The notes below the pieces were generated by a model. That model saw only the letters and a program-made list of their open reading frames with translations. It made no database searches and was not told where the DNA came from. Both the position numbers and the translations under genes were made by a program. Below are positions 25,761-38,800 of a stretch of 64,000 bases of DNA, piece by piece. The stretch's first letter is position 1, and each line of letters begins with the position of its first letter. This stretch comes from Octopus bimaculoides (lineage: Eukaryota), in the NCBI RefSeq assembly GCF_001194135.2, contig NC_069000.1, positions 19,015,359 through 19,079,358 of the forward strand, written 5' to 3'.

Positions 25761-26986
25761 CACACGCACAAACAAACATAGAGAAAGAGAGAGCCGTTAT
25801 GAAACAAGGGAGGATAAAATGTACTATAAAAAGGACCCAGTCAGCATCAAAAGATTTTCCATAATTCTTTCAAAATATCCTCATTACTGGAGTATGTAAT
25901 AACAGAAGGGTATAAAGCTTCTTTGAGTCATGTGCCTCTCACTCTAGAGAAGTTAATGGCCTATGGATTATGTCTTGCTACCTGTGTCATAGTGTAGAAT
26001 TGCATCGAATAATAGAAAATGTTTGAACAAATATAGAAGTTCTGGTATGAACCAAATACTAGTGGTTTCCAATTAGTAAAATGTATATAAATGTTTAGAT
26101 CCTGTTTAGTGGCTGTTCAAAATTAACTCTAAAATCAGACACCACTATGTAACACTTTTTGAAAAAGACTTCATTTCATTTTAATCTGTTGCGCTGGTTA
26201 GGAGTATAATTAAGTTATTGCACAGAATAATTTGGATATACTTTAATGATGGTCTTTACTTTGTATTACAACATCCCTTAAAGTGATATATTGATGCGAT
26301 TTAAATGGCAATCATATGACATGGCAAAGAAGGGTTTACCAAGAGGTCTCTCGATAAATTATCAGCTTATCAGAAATACGCTAAAGTATATTTGTGACAA
26401 TACATTAAAAAGAAATGTTAGCGCTCTAAATAATTAAATGTAAGTTCTGAAATATAACTATGACTGCAAAAGCTACTGAAAGAATGTGATCACAATAACT
26501 GCGCATGTGCTTTTATCACACCACTACTTAGAGTAGTAGTATTATCACTTCCACTCTTTAACTGAAAAATTTGCTGAAAATGTAGAAAAATTTAATTCTA
26601 GAATTGTAATCTACTCCTATCAAAATGCCAGTAGCCAATTAGCTACTTATAACTAATGTGAATTGAATATATTACAGAGAAAAAGTAGTGTTTAAAATGG
26701 AAAACTTTTTGAAGTGATTAAAATAACAACAGGCATGAAAGAAATAGTTATACCTCTACAGAATTGAAGTTCAATTTGAGAAAAGATTAAATTTTATGAA
26801 GAAAAATATGCAATCAAATAGACAGATAAAGTACTATACAGTATAACAACTCTTTTAATGATTTGTTTGAAATAAATGTTAACATTTAAACAGATTCCTT
26901 ATATGATCACGACAAAGGCGACAATAAATTGTTGAATGTATTTTAACAGAAATTTAATTCTACATGTATGTAACAGAGTATCTTAC

Positions 26987-27051
26987 CTTACATTGAACAT
27001 TTTAAAAGAATACATAATATACAAGTCTGTCCAAGATGGCGAGTATTTTTC
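26987..27051 (-). CDS. Candidate exon ending in a phase-2 donor (EKYSPSWTDLYIMYSFKMFNV+AG), or a first exon with ATG at 27015 or 27000
   Basis: Strong donor AAG|GTAAGA at 26987 and a weaker acceptor tttctctgaaag|. Open frame with two in-frame ATGs. Confidence 0.25.
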
Positions 27052-28369
27052 CTTTCAGAGAAATTATGCACTAAATAGGTGTTACCACTGGGGCTGCTTA
27101 AAACTGCAGTTGCATGCATTGCGCATGTACTACGACCAGGCCACTCCTACCACGTTGACGAAGGCAGAATGATAAAGCTAAGATAAGATGCATTGAAGCA
27201 GGCACAGCATTTGTTGCAAGAAATCTGTGACTATGTGTAACTACTTATTTTGGTATACTATTTTATCTAAATTGCGACGACAGCAGCTTGGTTGTTCACT
27301 TAATTTTCTAAGTTTATTACACACACACCACACACAAAAAGCGTAAAAATGAACGCATGCACGTTCAACCTCTGTGAGAAGTTATGCTAACGTTATGATG
27401 AATTTACAAGATATCTGGTTTAAAGAAAGATTAAAAAGTTGTTTTACATTTTACTGGAAATGCTTTACAGCAAAATTAGAGACTTCAAAATATCACTAAA
27501 GTTATTGGTAAAAGAAAAAAATGCTGGAATAAACTAACTTGATCAAGGTAAAACAAAGTAAAAAGTTGCTAAATATTATTCGAAAACTATTTCCTTACAT
27601 GAGTTTTGTCTAAACTAAAACTTGTAAGATATATCTCATTAAGATAAATAATCTCGAAAAGTATTCAAAACTGAATTCTAAGTTAGGGGGGAAATGAAAT
27701 TCATAAAGTAACTAAAAAATATATCCAGCCCTAATGTAACTGTTGAAAAGGGAGGGGGATGAGTAGTAAAGAGGGGAAGATTGCAACGGTTGCAAGAAGC
27801 ATTTAATTTAAATACAGTTGATTCGTTCAATTTAGATTTCAAAAATTCAACTATTTGTGATAATTTCAGAATAAAATTACAACTAAATATTATCAAATAC
27901 TTATTGACTTATTTCAATTTAAAAATAAAAAGTAAAAATTAAGATTTGAATAATATTGTAAGTTTATTCATCAAGTTATATTGAATTCAGCAAACCAATG
28001 CAACAGATATGATTTACTTCAAAATTATTTCATCTACATGCACAGATATTAAACTAACCAAGTAGTTTGTTTTAAGTATTATATATCTATTTTCCAATTA
28101 ATATGAACCGAATTTCAATAATTTAGAGTTTTTCATTGCGCATGTGTTTTTTGCCATGAAGAAAACTCTATACTACTGTAGGTTATATTTCAGTGCATTA
28201 TAAATAGAAGAAAAAGACACTTTGCTATATGTAAGTAAAGCAAATGTTTCTTTTGATTTCTCCAGCGATAAAAGAATTTCTAACAAAGAAATCTTTTTAG
28301 AAAAATTAAGTCATTTCAGTAAAAATAATAACACTGTATGTTTGTGCTATATGTATATGTATATGTACA

Positions 28370-28407
<38 letters not shown>

Positions 28408-29400
28408 NNNNNNNNNNNNNNNNNNNNNNNNNNNNNNNNNNNNNNNNNNNNNNNNNNNNNNNNNNNNNNNNNNNNNNNNNNNNNNNNNNNNNNNNNNNNN
28501 NNNNNNNNNNNNNATGCACACACACAAACATACCCACCTACTATGATTTTTTTTTTTTATCTTGTAAAAAGAAAAATTACACGGTAGGGCTTCACATAAT
28601 ATAATTAGAAATAAATTACTGCAAAAAGAACCTTATTAATCTAGAATTGATAAGCGATAAATATTACATGTAGTTAAAAAAGCAATGTGAGACAATATCA
28701 GTTAGAATTATACATCACCAATGAACAGCTTTTAAATTTCCTATTACATAGCCATCGTTGCAGATATCTCGATTCAGTTGTTCTACAGAGGTCGTATATG
28801 CGCATGCGTTTTTGCCACACCACTCCTACCAGTTTCGAGAAGACTACATATTCTGTGTGCTGAAATCCACATGGAAGAAATAAAGTTGAAATATAAGTAC
28901 AAATTCTCATAGGAAATTTGTCATTAATAATTAAAAGTTTGCTGAATACTATAACTATCTGTCAATTAGCACACTAACCTACTGAATCCTCTATGCAATC
29001 ATTTAAAAAGTCTGCTTGCTATAAAGTACATACTTCACATTGTTTCAGCTCTACAAATATCAATTTAATTCCCACCTCACTTCCAAAGTCTTCTGTTTTA
29101 ACTTAAATTGCTTTTCATTTTGATTTTCTTTTTAAGAAAAAACTCGCTTGGATTAACATTCAAAGATAATGTAGGAAAAAAAAAACGAAACAAAAAACAG
29201 CAATCAATTCTGATTAAATATGTACAAAATCAACTTGGCTATGAAGTAATAGTTCTATTACTTAAGAGCTTTGTACTGGTTTCATAAAACCTGAAGAGAG
29301 TAAAAGCAAGTTGTTGCCCTTACCTGCCAGCAGAGCACACATGACCCAGACAGGAATTTTAGTGAGTTGCAGAGAGTATGCCAGATAGTAAAGATCTTAC

Positions 29401-29433
29401 CCATGACCTCAATGACTTATTCCCATTGCAATA
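29401..29433 (-). other. Candidate 33-nt micro-exon (YCNGNKSLRSW in phase 0, or UTR ending ATG G), with alternative donor at 29324
   Basis: Strong acceptor ttttgtttctttttcactgcttag|, donor TGG|GTAAGA and second donor CAG|GTAAGG. Confidence 0.4.
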
Positions 29434-29569
29434 CTAAGCAGTGAAAAAGAAACAAAACTGACGCCTGCTTCTTTCTGTAATAAAATGACATGGTCTGATA
29501 AGTGACCTGAAGGAGGAAACTACCTATACCTTGTAAGTGTGTGCGTGTCTATATATATATGTGTGCGTG

Positions 29570-29613
<44 letters not shown>

Positions 29614-30551
29614 TACACATATATATATATACATATATATACATATATAACAGACAGACACACTCTCATGCATAATTACTCCGTGTACATGAGAAGGGGA
29701 ACCCCGCTGTCTCATTTTACATACATTAAACACTATGCCCACATTTTGGCAATGTGGTTGCGCAGTCACCGGCTTCTATATAGCTACGCATGCGCTATGT
29801 TATATTTCTTAGGATGTACAGTCATCGTCGACAGAAATGAAAGGAGTACCTCATGTCAGGTCACTAAAAAGATTAAGATTCTGTCCCGCCATCTTTGTAC
29901 CACATGGTATATTCAACAATATATTAAATACAACAATAGACCAGAAAAAAATAATTACATGTGGCAATAATGAGTAAAGAAGATGACTTCTATTTGAAAA
30001 TTACATCAAAGGATTTTATAGCTGTTTTTAACAGAAAGGGAGGGAAGTACCACAAATCAATGCACCAAGCACAAGCTATTTCCATATTAAAAACAAAAAT
30101 AATATTCAAATATAATACATTTTTTTCAGAATGGAACATACAAGAGGTATGCCATTTCATTAAAGTTTTTTTTTTTTTAAAAACCCTACCCAGTAACAAA
30201 TGAAATATCATGACAGTAAGTAACTGAATTGAGTTCTATTATTATCATTAAGAGGCATAAAAGGTAGCTAATATACAGTAAACGATTCACATTCAAAAAG
30301 GGAGAAGATGGCAAAAGAGAGATGGAGATATTATGAAACAGCGATGTAATAAATTTCACAACAAAATGTTACATCGGCAATGATTAGGTAATTTCAAACA
30401 AAGCAACAAAAAAGGTATTGAGTAATCTGTAAAAGAATATAGATCATTATCAAAACAGAATTAAATATGCAGACAGTCATGGGTTTACATTTAAGTCTGC
30501 CTCGCCTCCATCTTTTTTAGTAGTCAAATGCTGTGCTTAGCTGCTACTTAC

Positions 30552-30829
30552 CACACAGTGGCAACAATTTTATAGGCATAATTCAACAGGGCCTTTCGTT
30601 AGCTGATGCTGCTGCAGTGATTACAAGGTAACAATCCATTAGGTCATACGTAACATGTCTGGTGAACCCAATCTGCGGGGACCACTTTGCCTAAGTCCTT
30701 GCCACGGGCTAGTTTACAGGTTTAACTAATCTGACCTCATCTTAGAAAAGAGTTCTTGGAAGGGGAAGCCATAGTCAAATTTCTGCAGCCAGTTACCGGC
30801 ATTGGTATTGTTGAAAAAGAACAAATCTC
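30552..30829 (-). other. Candidate exon containing GDLFFFNNTNAGNWLQKFDYGFPFQELFSKMRSD* (phase 1, stop at 30726)
   Basis: Acceptor ttttaattctgtcaaag|g and donor GTG|GTAAGT. GC-elevated unique sequence. It could equally be 3'UTR. Confidence 0.25.
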
Positions 30830-31056
30830 CTTTGACAGAATTAAAAGTATAAAGCATAAAACAAAATACATAAGGCTTTCGAAAATAGTTAAACTGATTA
30901 CTATTCATACCATAATTAAGTTTTGTATGCCATATATTATTGAGGAATAGAAAAAAAACATATGATGTAATCAACAAAAAACAATGCAAGTATATCATAT
31001 CCATGTAAGTAGCAGACATGCCGGTTAGTTAATCATGATGAGCTAGTATAAGTAAT

Positions 31057-31275
31057 TTATACAAATATATTTCTTCTGAGTATGTGTGATAAGTCCAACA
31101 AGTAGGTCTCACAGTAACATATATTGCCAATTCTCATTTCATATTCAGCTTGAATTAGAATGAGTGAAACATTTTCACGCACAGCTATAGCTTGCTGTAG
31201 ACTAGAAGCTAACTCTACTTCATAGCCAATCCGCCATTCTGTTATACTTAACTGTGCTAGCATGTCAATTGGTGT
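31057..31275 (-). other. Strong acceptor followed by a 72-codon phase-0 ORF (TPIDMLAQLSITEWRIGYEVELASS...)
   Basis: A 35-nt pure pyrimidine-rich tract then cttag|. No convincing donor and no recognised homology. Confidence 0.25.
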
Positions 31276-32017
31276 CTAAGAATAAGAAAGAGAATAAAGG
31301 AAGGAATAAACTTAGATAAACAGGAGTAGAAGGAGGAGGGAAATAGAGATAGTGTGTGTGTCTGTGTGTGCGCGCTTGCGTAGTTCTCGTCTGAATAGAA
31401 ATTTAGAAAAGATACACTCAAGGAAAAATATTCAAGGATTTACTATCAACTTCAAGGGCCTACTTTAAAACAGAAGATAAATACTAGGAGCTTTAAATAT
31501 TCACTGATGACTAAAAAACAAAAAATATTTTTGAAATTCGAAGTGATTGTTAACTACATTTTGCTGCTGGCTAAACGGTAAGCTATGTGCGTGTGTGCAT
31601 GTGTGCGTGTGTGTATTCTTAAATGATGTAGTAAAAACGAAAAAACAATTAGAGGAATGTTAACATTATATGTTAAAATAATAAGTATACAAAATTTTTT
31701 TATCACATCTGCTACTACTGTCTAATTATGTAATTTCACATTTAAGATGGTGAGACTTTTTCAGCAAGATATTAAATAGGTCTTTTGGCATGTAAAACTA
31801 CTGCAATCATTTCATTTACCTCCCAGGTCTTATATGCTAGTTAACTGTTTGAATGTGTATGCATGCTAGGCAGCTTACAAAGAGGGTGATATCACTATAA
31901 ACCATGAACATTTGATCTAAACGCCTAGCAGCTAGACAGCAGAGCTAAGCTAGTTGGTAGGCAGACTACTGTGGAACAGTAGCTAATACTAGTTAGGAGC
32001 AACAAAGCTATCTTGAT

Positions 32018-32093
32018 TCATCGAGATTTTACAGCTGATGTAATTTCATTGATGGCCTTATTCATCGTCTGCTGCTTTATTCTGCTAATTTTG
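32018..32093 (-). CDS. Candidate alternative C-terminal exon of a dynamin (shibire-like): (S)KISRIKQQTMNKAINEITSAVKSR*
   Basis: The tail aligns with my recollection of the long Drosophila shibire C-terminus (QAVGQAAINELSNAFSSRFK), sharing AINE[I/L][T/S]xAxxSR at the extreme C-terminus. It is open after an AG phase-2 donor, as in dynamin PRD-end splicing. The acceptors (32093 or 32081) are purine/UG-rich and weak, and no other dynamin exon is visible in the window. Confidence 0.4.
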
Positions 32094-32559
32094 CTATACA
32101 TTTTGTACATACACACACTTTATTCTTCCTTTCTTTCTCTCTCTCTCTCTCTCTATCTGTTTATCCACCCATCTAAACCATCTATCTTAATTTCTTTTTA
32201 AAAAATCTTAACCAGAGCAGGTGTACAAAGGTAAAAAGAAAAGTGTTCGTGAAGGGATATGATCTAAGTAAAAGAGGAATGTATGATAAAGTGCTTTGTG
32301 ATTTGTTAAATATTCTCTTTTATTCAACCATAACACTATGTGACAAGTTATTATTAAGATCAAATCACTAAAAATATTAATCAAATGAACGTGTTCTATT
32401 TTACTTTCCATTTTCAACATTTGACAATTTCACGAAAAAAAAAAGAATTAAAAACATGAAAATAAAATGTTAATATAAAAATAAGCAAAGTTCTTCAGAA
32501 CCATACAAAATATTGCAAATATATTTTAATAAAAATATCATTTGGATGAGAGATTCCCT

Positions 32560-33210
32560 TCTCTTTACACAAGTAACTGCTTCTAACTTAGACATAAGGC
32601 CAACAATTTGGGGGAAGAGGGAGGGGGTTTAGTCGATTACATCAACCTCAATATTTCATAAACCCTGAAACAACGCAAAGCAAAATCAATTTCAGCAGGA
32701 TTTGAACCCACAACATAAACAGCTGGAAAAAATACAAGGCGATTCTGCCAGTTTAATGCAATAATAATAGATGATAACAATTTATACTACTGGCACAATG
32801 CCTGAAATTTTGGGAGAAGGGGCTAGTTGATTACATCGAACCCAATGCTCAACTGGTACATATTTTATCCATATCAAAAGAATGAAAGTTAACCTTGGTG
32901 GCATTTGACTGAGAACATAAAGAGCTGGAAAAAAATACTGCTAAGCATTTAGTTTGATGCCCGGATGAATCTGCCTGTTTGCTGCCATAATAATGACGAT
33001 TATGATTTTTTTCATAAATATAAAACCACAAATTTTGGAGAAGAAATGTAGATTTTTAATTGCCTCTGGTACACGTAATTTATTCTATTGATCTTAGAAG
33101 GATGAAAAGGTGTGATTTGAACACAGAATGTAAAGGGACGTAACTAAATACTTCAAGACTTTTTCCCCCAACGTTTTACTGATTCTGCCATTCCGCTGCT
33201 CTACAATAAT
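32560..33210 (-). mobile_element. Three diverged tandem copies of the ~230-bp tRNA SINE
   Basis: Repeated gcctgaaattttggg / gattacatc / atttgaac motifs. Confidence 0.7.
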
Positions 33211-34821
33211 GTTCATCCTTCACATTATTTAACATTTAATCTCAGTAAGGAATTCTATGTACAAACACATTGTAAATGATCTCATTTATATGTCAATAAA
33301 CTTTTAGTATCATTTTTCTTTTAATGATTATGTACAAATGATGCAGTTACTTTTCAGTATAACTTGATAAAGAAGAAAAAGTGATTTGCAGATAAAGAAA
33401 CTAATGAGTTAATCTAGGGAAATTTATTTCTAATTAATAATCAAAGACAATTTTTAATGTAAAAGAAAAAAGAAATGATTTGTTCATAAATAGCACCTGA
33501 ATTACAAAGTAATAATTCAAAATATTTTACAAAAAACATTTTTTTAAATGGGAGATGTTATGCAGATGAATGTTATGATCTGTAGACAAACAAAAAGAAG
33601 AAAAAAAGCTTTAAATTTTAACCCACTTTAATTTAGTACTATTGTTCTAATGATGCATATTTGGAAAGAGAATTCTAAAACTAGACTGTCTTACTTTCAA
33701 TCCTTCTTTAGCTTCTTAAGCTTTCCAAACACTTCTAGAATTATGGTTTTTATTATCTAACAGTTAAAAACACACATGTTCTGAGTTCAGAGAGTGTTTA
33801 GGGAGGAAAAGAAAACGTAAATACAAATTTTACTATGATAAATAGATAGGTAGGAAAATTGTGATGGTGTTAGCTTCCCTATTATGCATAGTGTTAACAT
33901 TATTTAAAAAAAAAAACACATACAAACCATTAACTTTTGGTCAAATTGGCATTTTTAAACAAGTAATCTCTGTCGCTAAAGTATGTCATTTTGACAGTGA
34001 TACCAACAGGACTGCTAAATAGAATTTATAAATTCCATTTTATTGTTCTACAATAAACTATAAGTAAGAAACATTGAAACATGAAAATTTTTAAGCTTCA
34101 AAAATATTGATACTAAAAGTACATATTACAGAAAGTGATAAAGGAAATGTAGACAGTGTAGCTTCTAGTTATATCAGTGCAGCATGGTTTTATTGAGAGA
34201 CAGCTTGTTGTTCTGATTCAGTTGGCATATTCATTCATTTAGTGATTAAATTGATTAATTCCAACAATGAAACAAAGGTAACAGAGATTATATTGGACAT
34301 CCCTTGTGAAGTATGTTACTTTTGCTTCACACGAAGAAAATCTGTTCAACTTCAGAGTAGGAGCATTTCAAATGATGTGAGACTAGTAACAATATGCAAA
34401 GGTGCTTTACCTTCTTTTTATGAGTAATTATAAAAATGTTTTTTGCCTTACTTATTGGATAATGTATTTGCAAAAGGAGAATGAATTGAAAATGTTACAA
34501 CCAAATATTTTACCTTATCACAAGAACAATTCAATTTCAATTTAGTTGATTGAATCAAGATCTCCAGTATAATATACTGCATTCCAATGTTAATAAAGAC
34601 AGATGATATGTTAGGTAACAAGCACAGCAGTGAATTTGTTGCAAAAGAGAAAATAAAACCTGGTGGTAAACAAATCATATCTATATGGAAATACTGAACT
34701 TTTTTTTTTTTTTTTAATTTTATAAATGAAAATAAGATACTCTATCATGAAAGCAAAGAATTTGCAAATAAATGTTTTGAAGTGTAAAATTGACCACAAA
34801 ATTTATTTTAAATGGATAAAT

Positions 34822-35108
34822 TCTACGAGCGAGATCGTTGCCAGTGCCCCTGGACTGGCTTGTGCGGGTGGCACATAAAAGACACCATTTCGAGCGTGGC
34901 CGTTTTCGTGCGGGTGACACGTAAAAGCACCCACTACACTCTCTGAGTGGTTGGCGTTAGGAAGGGCATCCAGCTGTAGAAACTCTGCCAAATCAGACTG
35001 GAGCCTGGTGTTGCCATCCGGTTTCACCAGTCCTCAGTCAAATCGTCCAACCCATGCTAGCATGGAAAGCGGACGTTAAACGATGATGATGATGATGATG
35101 ATGATGAT
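34822..35108 (+). mobile_element. Young RTE-tail SINE ending in (GAT)n
   Basis: Near-identical to 3835-4096 and 54215-54665. Confidence 0.85.
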
Positions 35109-36151
35109 ATTGAAACAAACATTTACTATTATTGGTAAGATTATAAATATACATATTTAAAATTTCATTCATATTTTTATAATTTTAATTAACATTAAAT
35201 ATAGTTGATATTGATGACTTCGCAAATATAATCCTGAAAAATATGCAAAATGCTAATCTTTTGAAAAATTCTTCATAAAATTTACTTGTCTCACTTGAAA
35301 TTTTGGTGATACATGTATAAATGCAAATGTCAGTCTCAGCAAATCTATTTAACTTATCCATAACTGTATACCTGAGTACATGACAGCAGGGTTAGATTCT
35401 TAAGCCATGAAATAAAAAACTGATTTTGGTTTTTAAAAGACTGGGAAATTGTAATGTTAAGTAGTAAAAAAAAATTAGATAAACTTGAATTGTTGGGTTA
35501 ATCGATAAGCTGTAGACATGTTAGGAAGAGTTCCAAATGGATACAATTTGAGAAAGGTAAGACTGTTTTGAGTGGAATTTCAGGGAAAAGATACACTAGG
35601 GGTGATAGGAAGATGAATGCCAGGTGCAACAAGTGTGTATACATGGGAGTAGTATATATTCAGCAGGTTCAGAGAATTGTGGTAGTGGTAAAAAAAAAAA
35701 AGAAGACATAACTGAACCAGCCTGATGGTGCACAGGTAAAATGCAAGGTATAACATTAATGGAACTAGTTGATTTATCATTTGTCTCAAAACTGGGCCTT
35801 AAAACAAACACATTGGTGCTGAATGCTTGAAGAGTTAGTCAGGATTTGGACAATTGCTCCCTCTCATGAGAATTTACATAATGTTTATTAAAATGATTAA
35901 TATATTTATAAATTCATTTTAAGTGTTGTACATCTGAAATATCTTCAAAAAAACAAAAGCAAAAAATAAAACAAGATATATAATACAATGAAGTTATTCC
36001 TTAACTTTACAATGCTACTGGAAAATAATAGAATACTGCGAAAAACTTCAGAGCAAATTACAATTTAGATGCAACAATACCAGTATTTAAAGAAGATCCA
36101 AAAAATAACCTCACCAAAATTTTTATGTATATAATTATTAATTTGTTATTA

Positions 36152-36183
<32 letters not shown>

Positions 36184-36374
36184 CAACAACAGTTGCTTGA
36201 TCCTAGCTATAATAAACAATGTTGATCTGCAGCTAGGCAATTGGTCATACAAGACTGATGTGTTTTATAGATTTATATAATTTTAAGAATGCAACTGTTT
36301 TCTACATGCAGTGGATAACCATAAAAAGCCTTAAATGGTTTCCCAACAGATCATACTGTATATTGTAATAGCTG

Positions 36375-36488
<114 letters not shown>

Positions 36489-37072
36489 ACGCGCGTGCAA
36501 TGTAAGAGTGGGTGGTTTGATCGACTGCGGTTTGCATAGGTACTAATCTGAGACTGAACTAGCAAGTGACTAATAGCAGGATTTCAGAGGATATAATTAA
36601 ATGAGAGAAATGTTCACTTTAATCCATGCTAATTACAGACTATATTTGCAACATTTTTTTTTTTTTTTAATTTCTGAATTTAATAAGAAAATTATAAAAA
36701 TATTTCAATTTAATAATAATAATAATAATATATATATATATATATATATAAATACACACACATACACACACAAACAAACAAACGCAGGCGCACATGTTTC
36801 TTTTATTTGTCAATCAGCAAATTTATTTACCATTATATACATTGAAAAATACATAGTTAATAATTTTAACATTAGTAATTAGTAAGAAACAATGTTAACA
36901 CTAAATTTGATAACAAGTGTTCAAAAGGTTGTGAAAATACATAACTATATTTAAAGCATAAAAAGCTATGCAAGTAGTAAAATTTAATAAAATCAAAATA
37001 AGACTATAGAAAATCCATATTTACAAGTATGATATCTACAAGCATTGTGAAAATAAAATCTTAATCGAATAT

Positions 37073-37107
<35 letters not shown>

Positions 37108-37119
37108 CANNNNNNNNNN

Positions 37120-37152
<33 letters not shown>

Positions 37153-37411
37153 CAATAAGAAAATGCATTACATATATATATATATATATAGCAATAAGAA
37201 AATGCATTATATATATATATATAAATTTAGTTGAATAGTGCATTTAATGTCTAAACAGTCAGTATATTGTAGTTCTTAGTAGTATCTAAAAATAAAATAA
37301 ATAAATAAATAAATAAAGATTAGCATTGTAGATCTGCAGGGTAAGAGGGCCTAAATCTGATGCTAATGCAAAGGAAAGATGGCGTGAGACTTTAAACCAA
37401 TGAAACTCATC

Positions 37412-37448
37412 CTAACTAATATCTATGCTAATGTTGTGGGTCACAGTT
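37412..37448 (-). CDS. Candidate terminal exon, (R)TVTHNISIDIS*
   Basis: Very strong ~50-nt pyrimidine tract ending cacttatag|a. The phase-2 frame is the longest of the three. Confidence 0.3.
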
Positions 37449-37859
37449 CTATAAGTGAAAAGGAAATGAAGAGAGAGGGAGAATAAGACAAATAAGGAGA
37501 CCAGAAAATAGTTTGAGAAAATGTACACCACACAGAATAACAACTGTCAATAGAGCAAATTCCTTTCAGGGAGGGAAATTAATACATTTAACTAAATCCT
37601 GATAAAAAAAAAATAAGTAAACATTCAATTTAAAAAAAAAAAAATTAAAGTTTTGTTTCTACATCATCCTTTAAACTAAATACTGATTTGAAAAGTTTCA
37701 AAACACACTTTAGTCAGTCCACAAACAGCACTATAAAAAATTTTTACCATCTATAAGAAAAAAAATTATCAACTTATATTTAATAGGGCAGTGGAGGACA
37801 GAAATAACTGAGGCTAGAATTAATTTTTTTTTTCTTTTTTTTTTTTCCCCCCCCTTCTA

Positions 37860-38800
37860 GCATTTAGTTCAGTTCTATGTTTAAATTCCACCAGAGTTGA
37901 CATTGCTTCTCAACCTTTTGGGGGATGATAAAAATTAGTCAAATCACTCTATTCTTCTACAAATTGCAACCTGTCTTAATGTAAGTAATCATTATTATAA
38001 TAATTAAATGGTAGACCAGACTTTTTGGTTACATTCCTTTACATCCTGAGTTTAGATTCTGCAAGAGATGACTTTGCTTTTTCATTTCTCAAGGTTCAAT
38101 GAAATAAGTACTAGCATGTATTAGGCTTGATTCAATCAACTATATTCCTCCTTTAAAGGTTGCAATCTTCAACCATTGGAGAAAACTTATTATTATAATT
38201 ATTGTCGAAGAAGATAAAGCAGTAAAGGAACCTTCTATCAATTACCTATCTTTCTTAAGTTCAAATCCTGAAAGCTGCTTTATAAGTTCATCTTGAAAAG
38301 ACTAAAGTTTCTCCACTTATATTGAAGAGCCTATAACTTCAGCTATGTCAGAAACCATGATTTACAATGACTTTTACTTGTAGAAGAAAATCTTCTTCAA
38401 CAACAATATTAAATATTAACAGATAATGAATAGAGAATACACTCTATCTTTTTATGTGGAAATTATTATGGACAGAACTGGTATAGTACTGGACAAAATG
38501 TCTTGTAGCATCTCATTACATCCTTTTGTGTTGTGTTTGAATTCTAACTTTGACTTTCATTCTTACAGGGTCAATAAAATAGGCCCCACTGATACATGAT
38601 ACAGTGGAGTTAATTCAATTGCATACAATCTTTCACCATAAATGAGTGGTTTCATTACCAATGCTAGAAATCATTTTTGCTGGCAGAAACAGTAGTGCTA
38701 AAGTAACCGCCTCACAACCATTTACATTTCCAAGTTCTATGAATAATAAAATAAGTACCAGTTATATATTCCAGTAATCCATTGAGTACACTTCCCGTAA
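37860..38800 (+). mobile_element. Cluster of old, decayed tRNA-SINE copies
   Basis: Residual aaattccaccagagttgac, gactttgctttttcat and ataagtacca motifs. Confidence 0.5.

Larger units (their letters stand above)
26500..29795. promoter_or_regulatory. Promoter-like cluster: five GCGCATG (NRF-1-like) motifs plus a YY1-like CAAGATGGCG
   Basis: Motifs at 26500, 27120, 28137, 28799 and 29787; CAAGATGGCG at 27032-27041. Local CpG enrichment in CpG-poor DNA. Confidence 0.4.
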
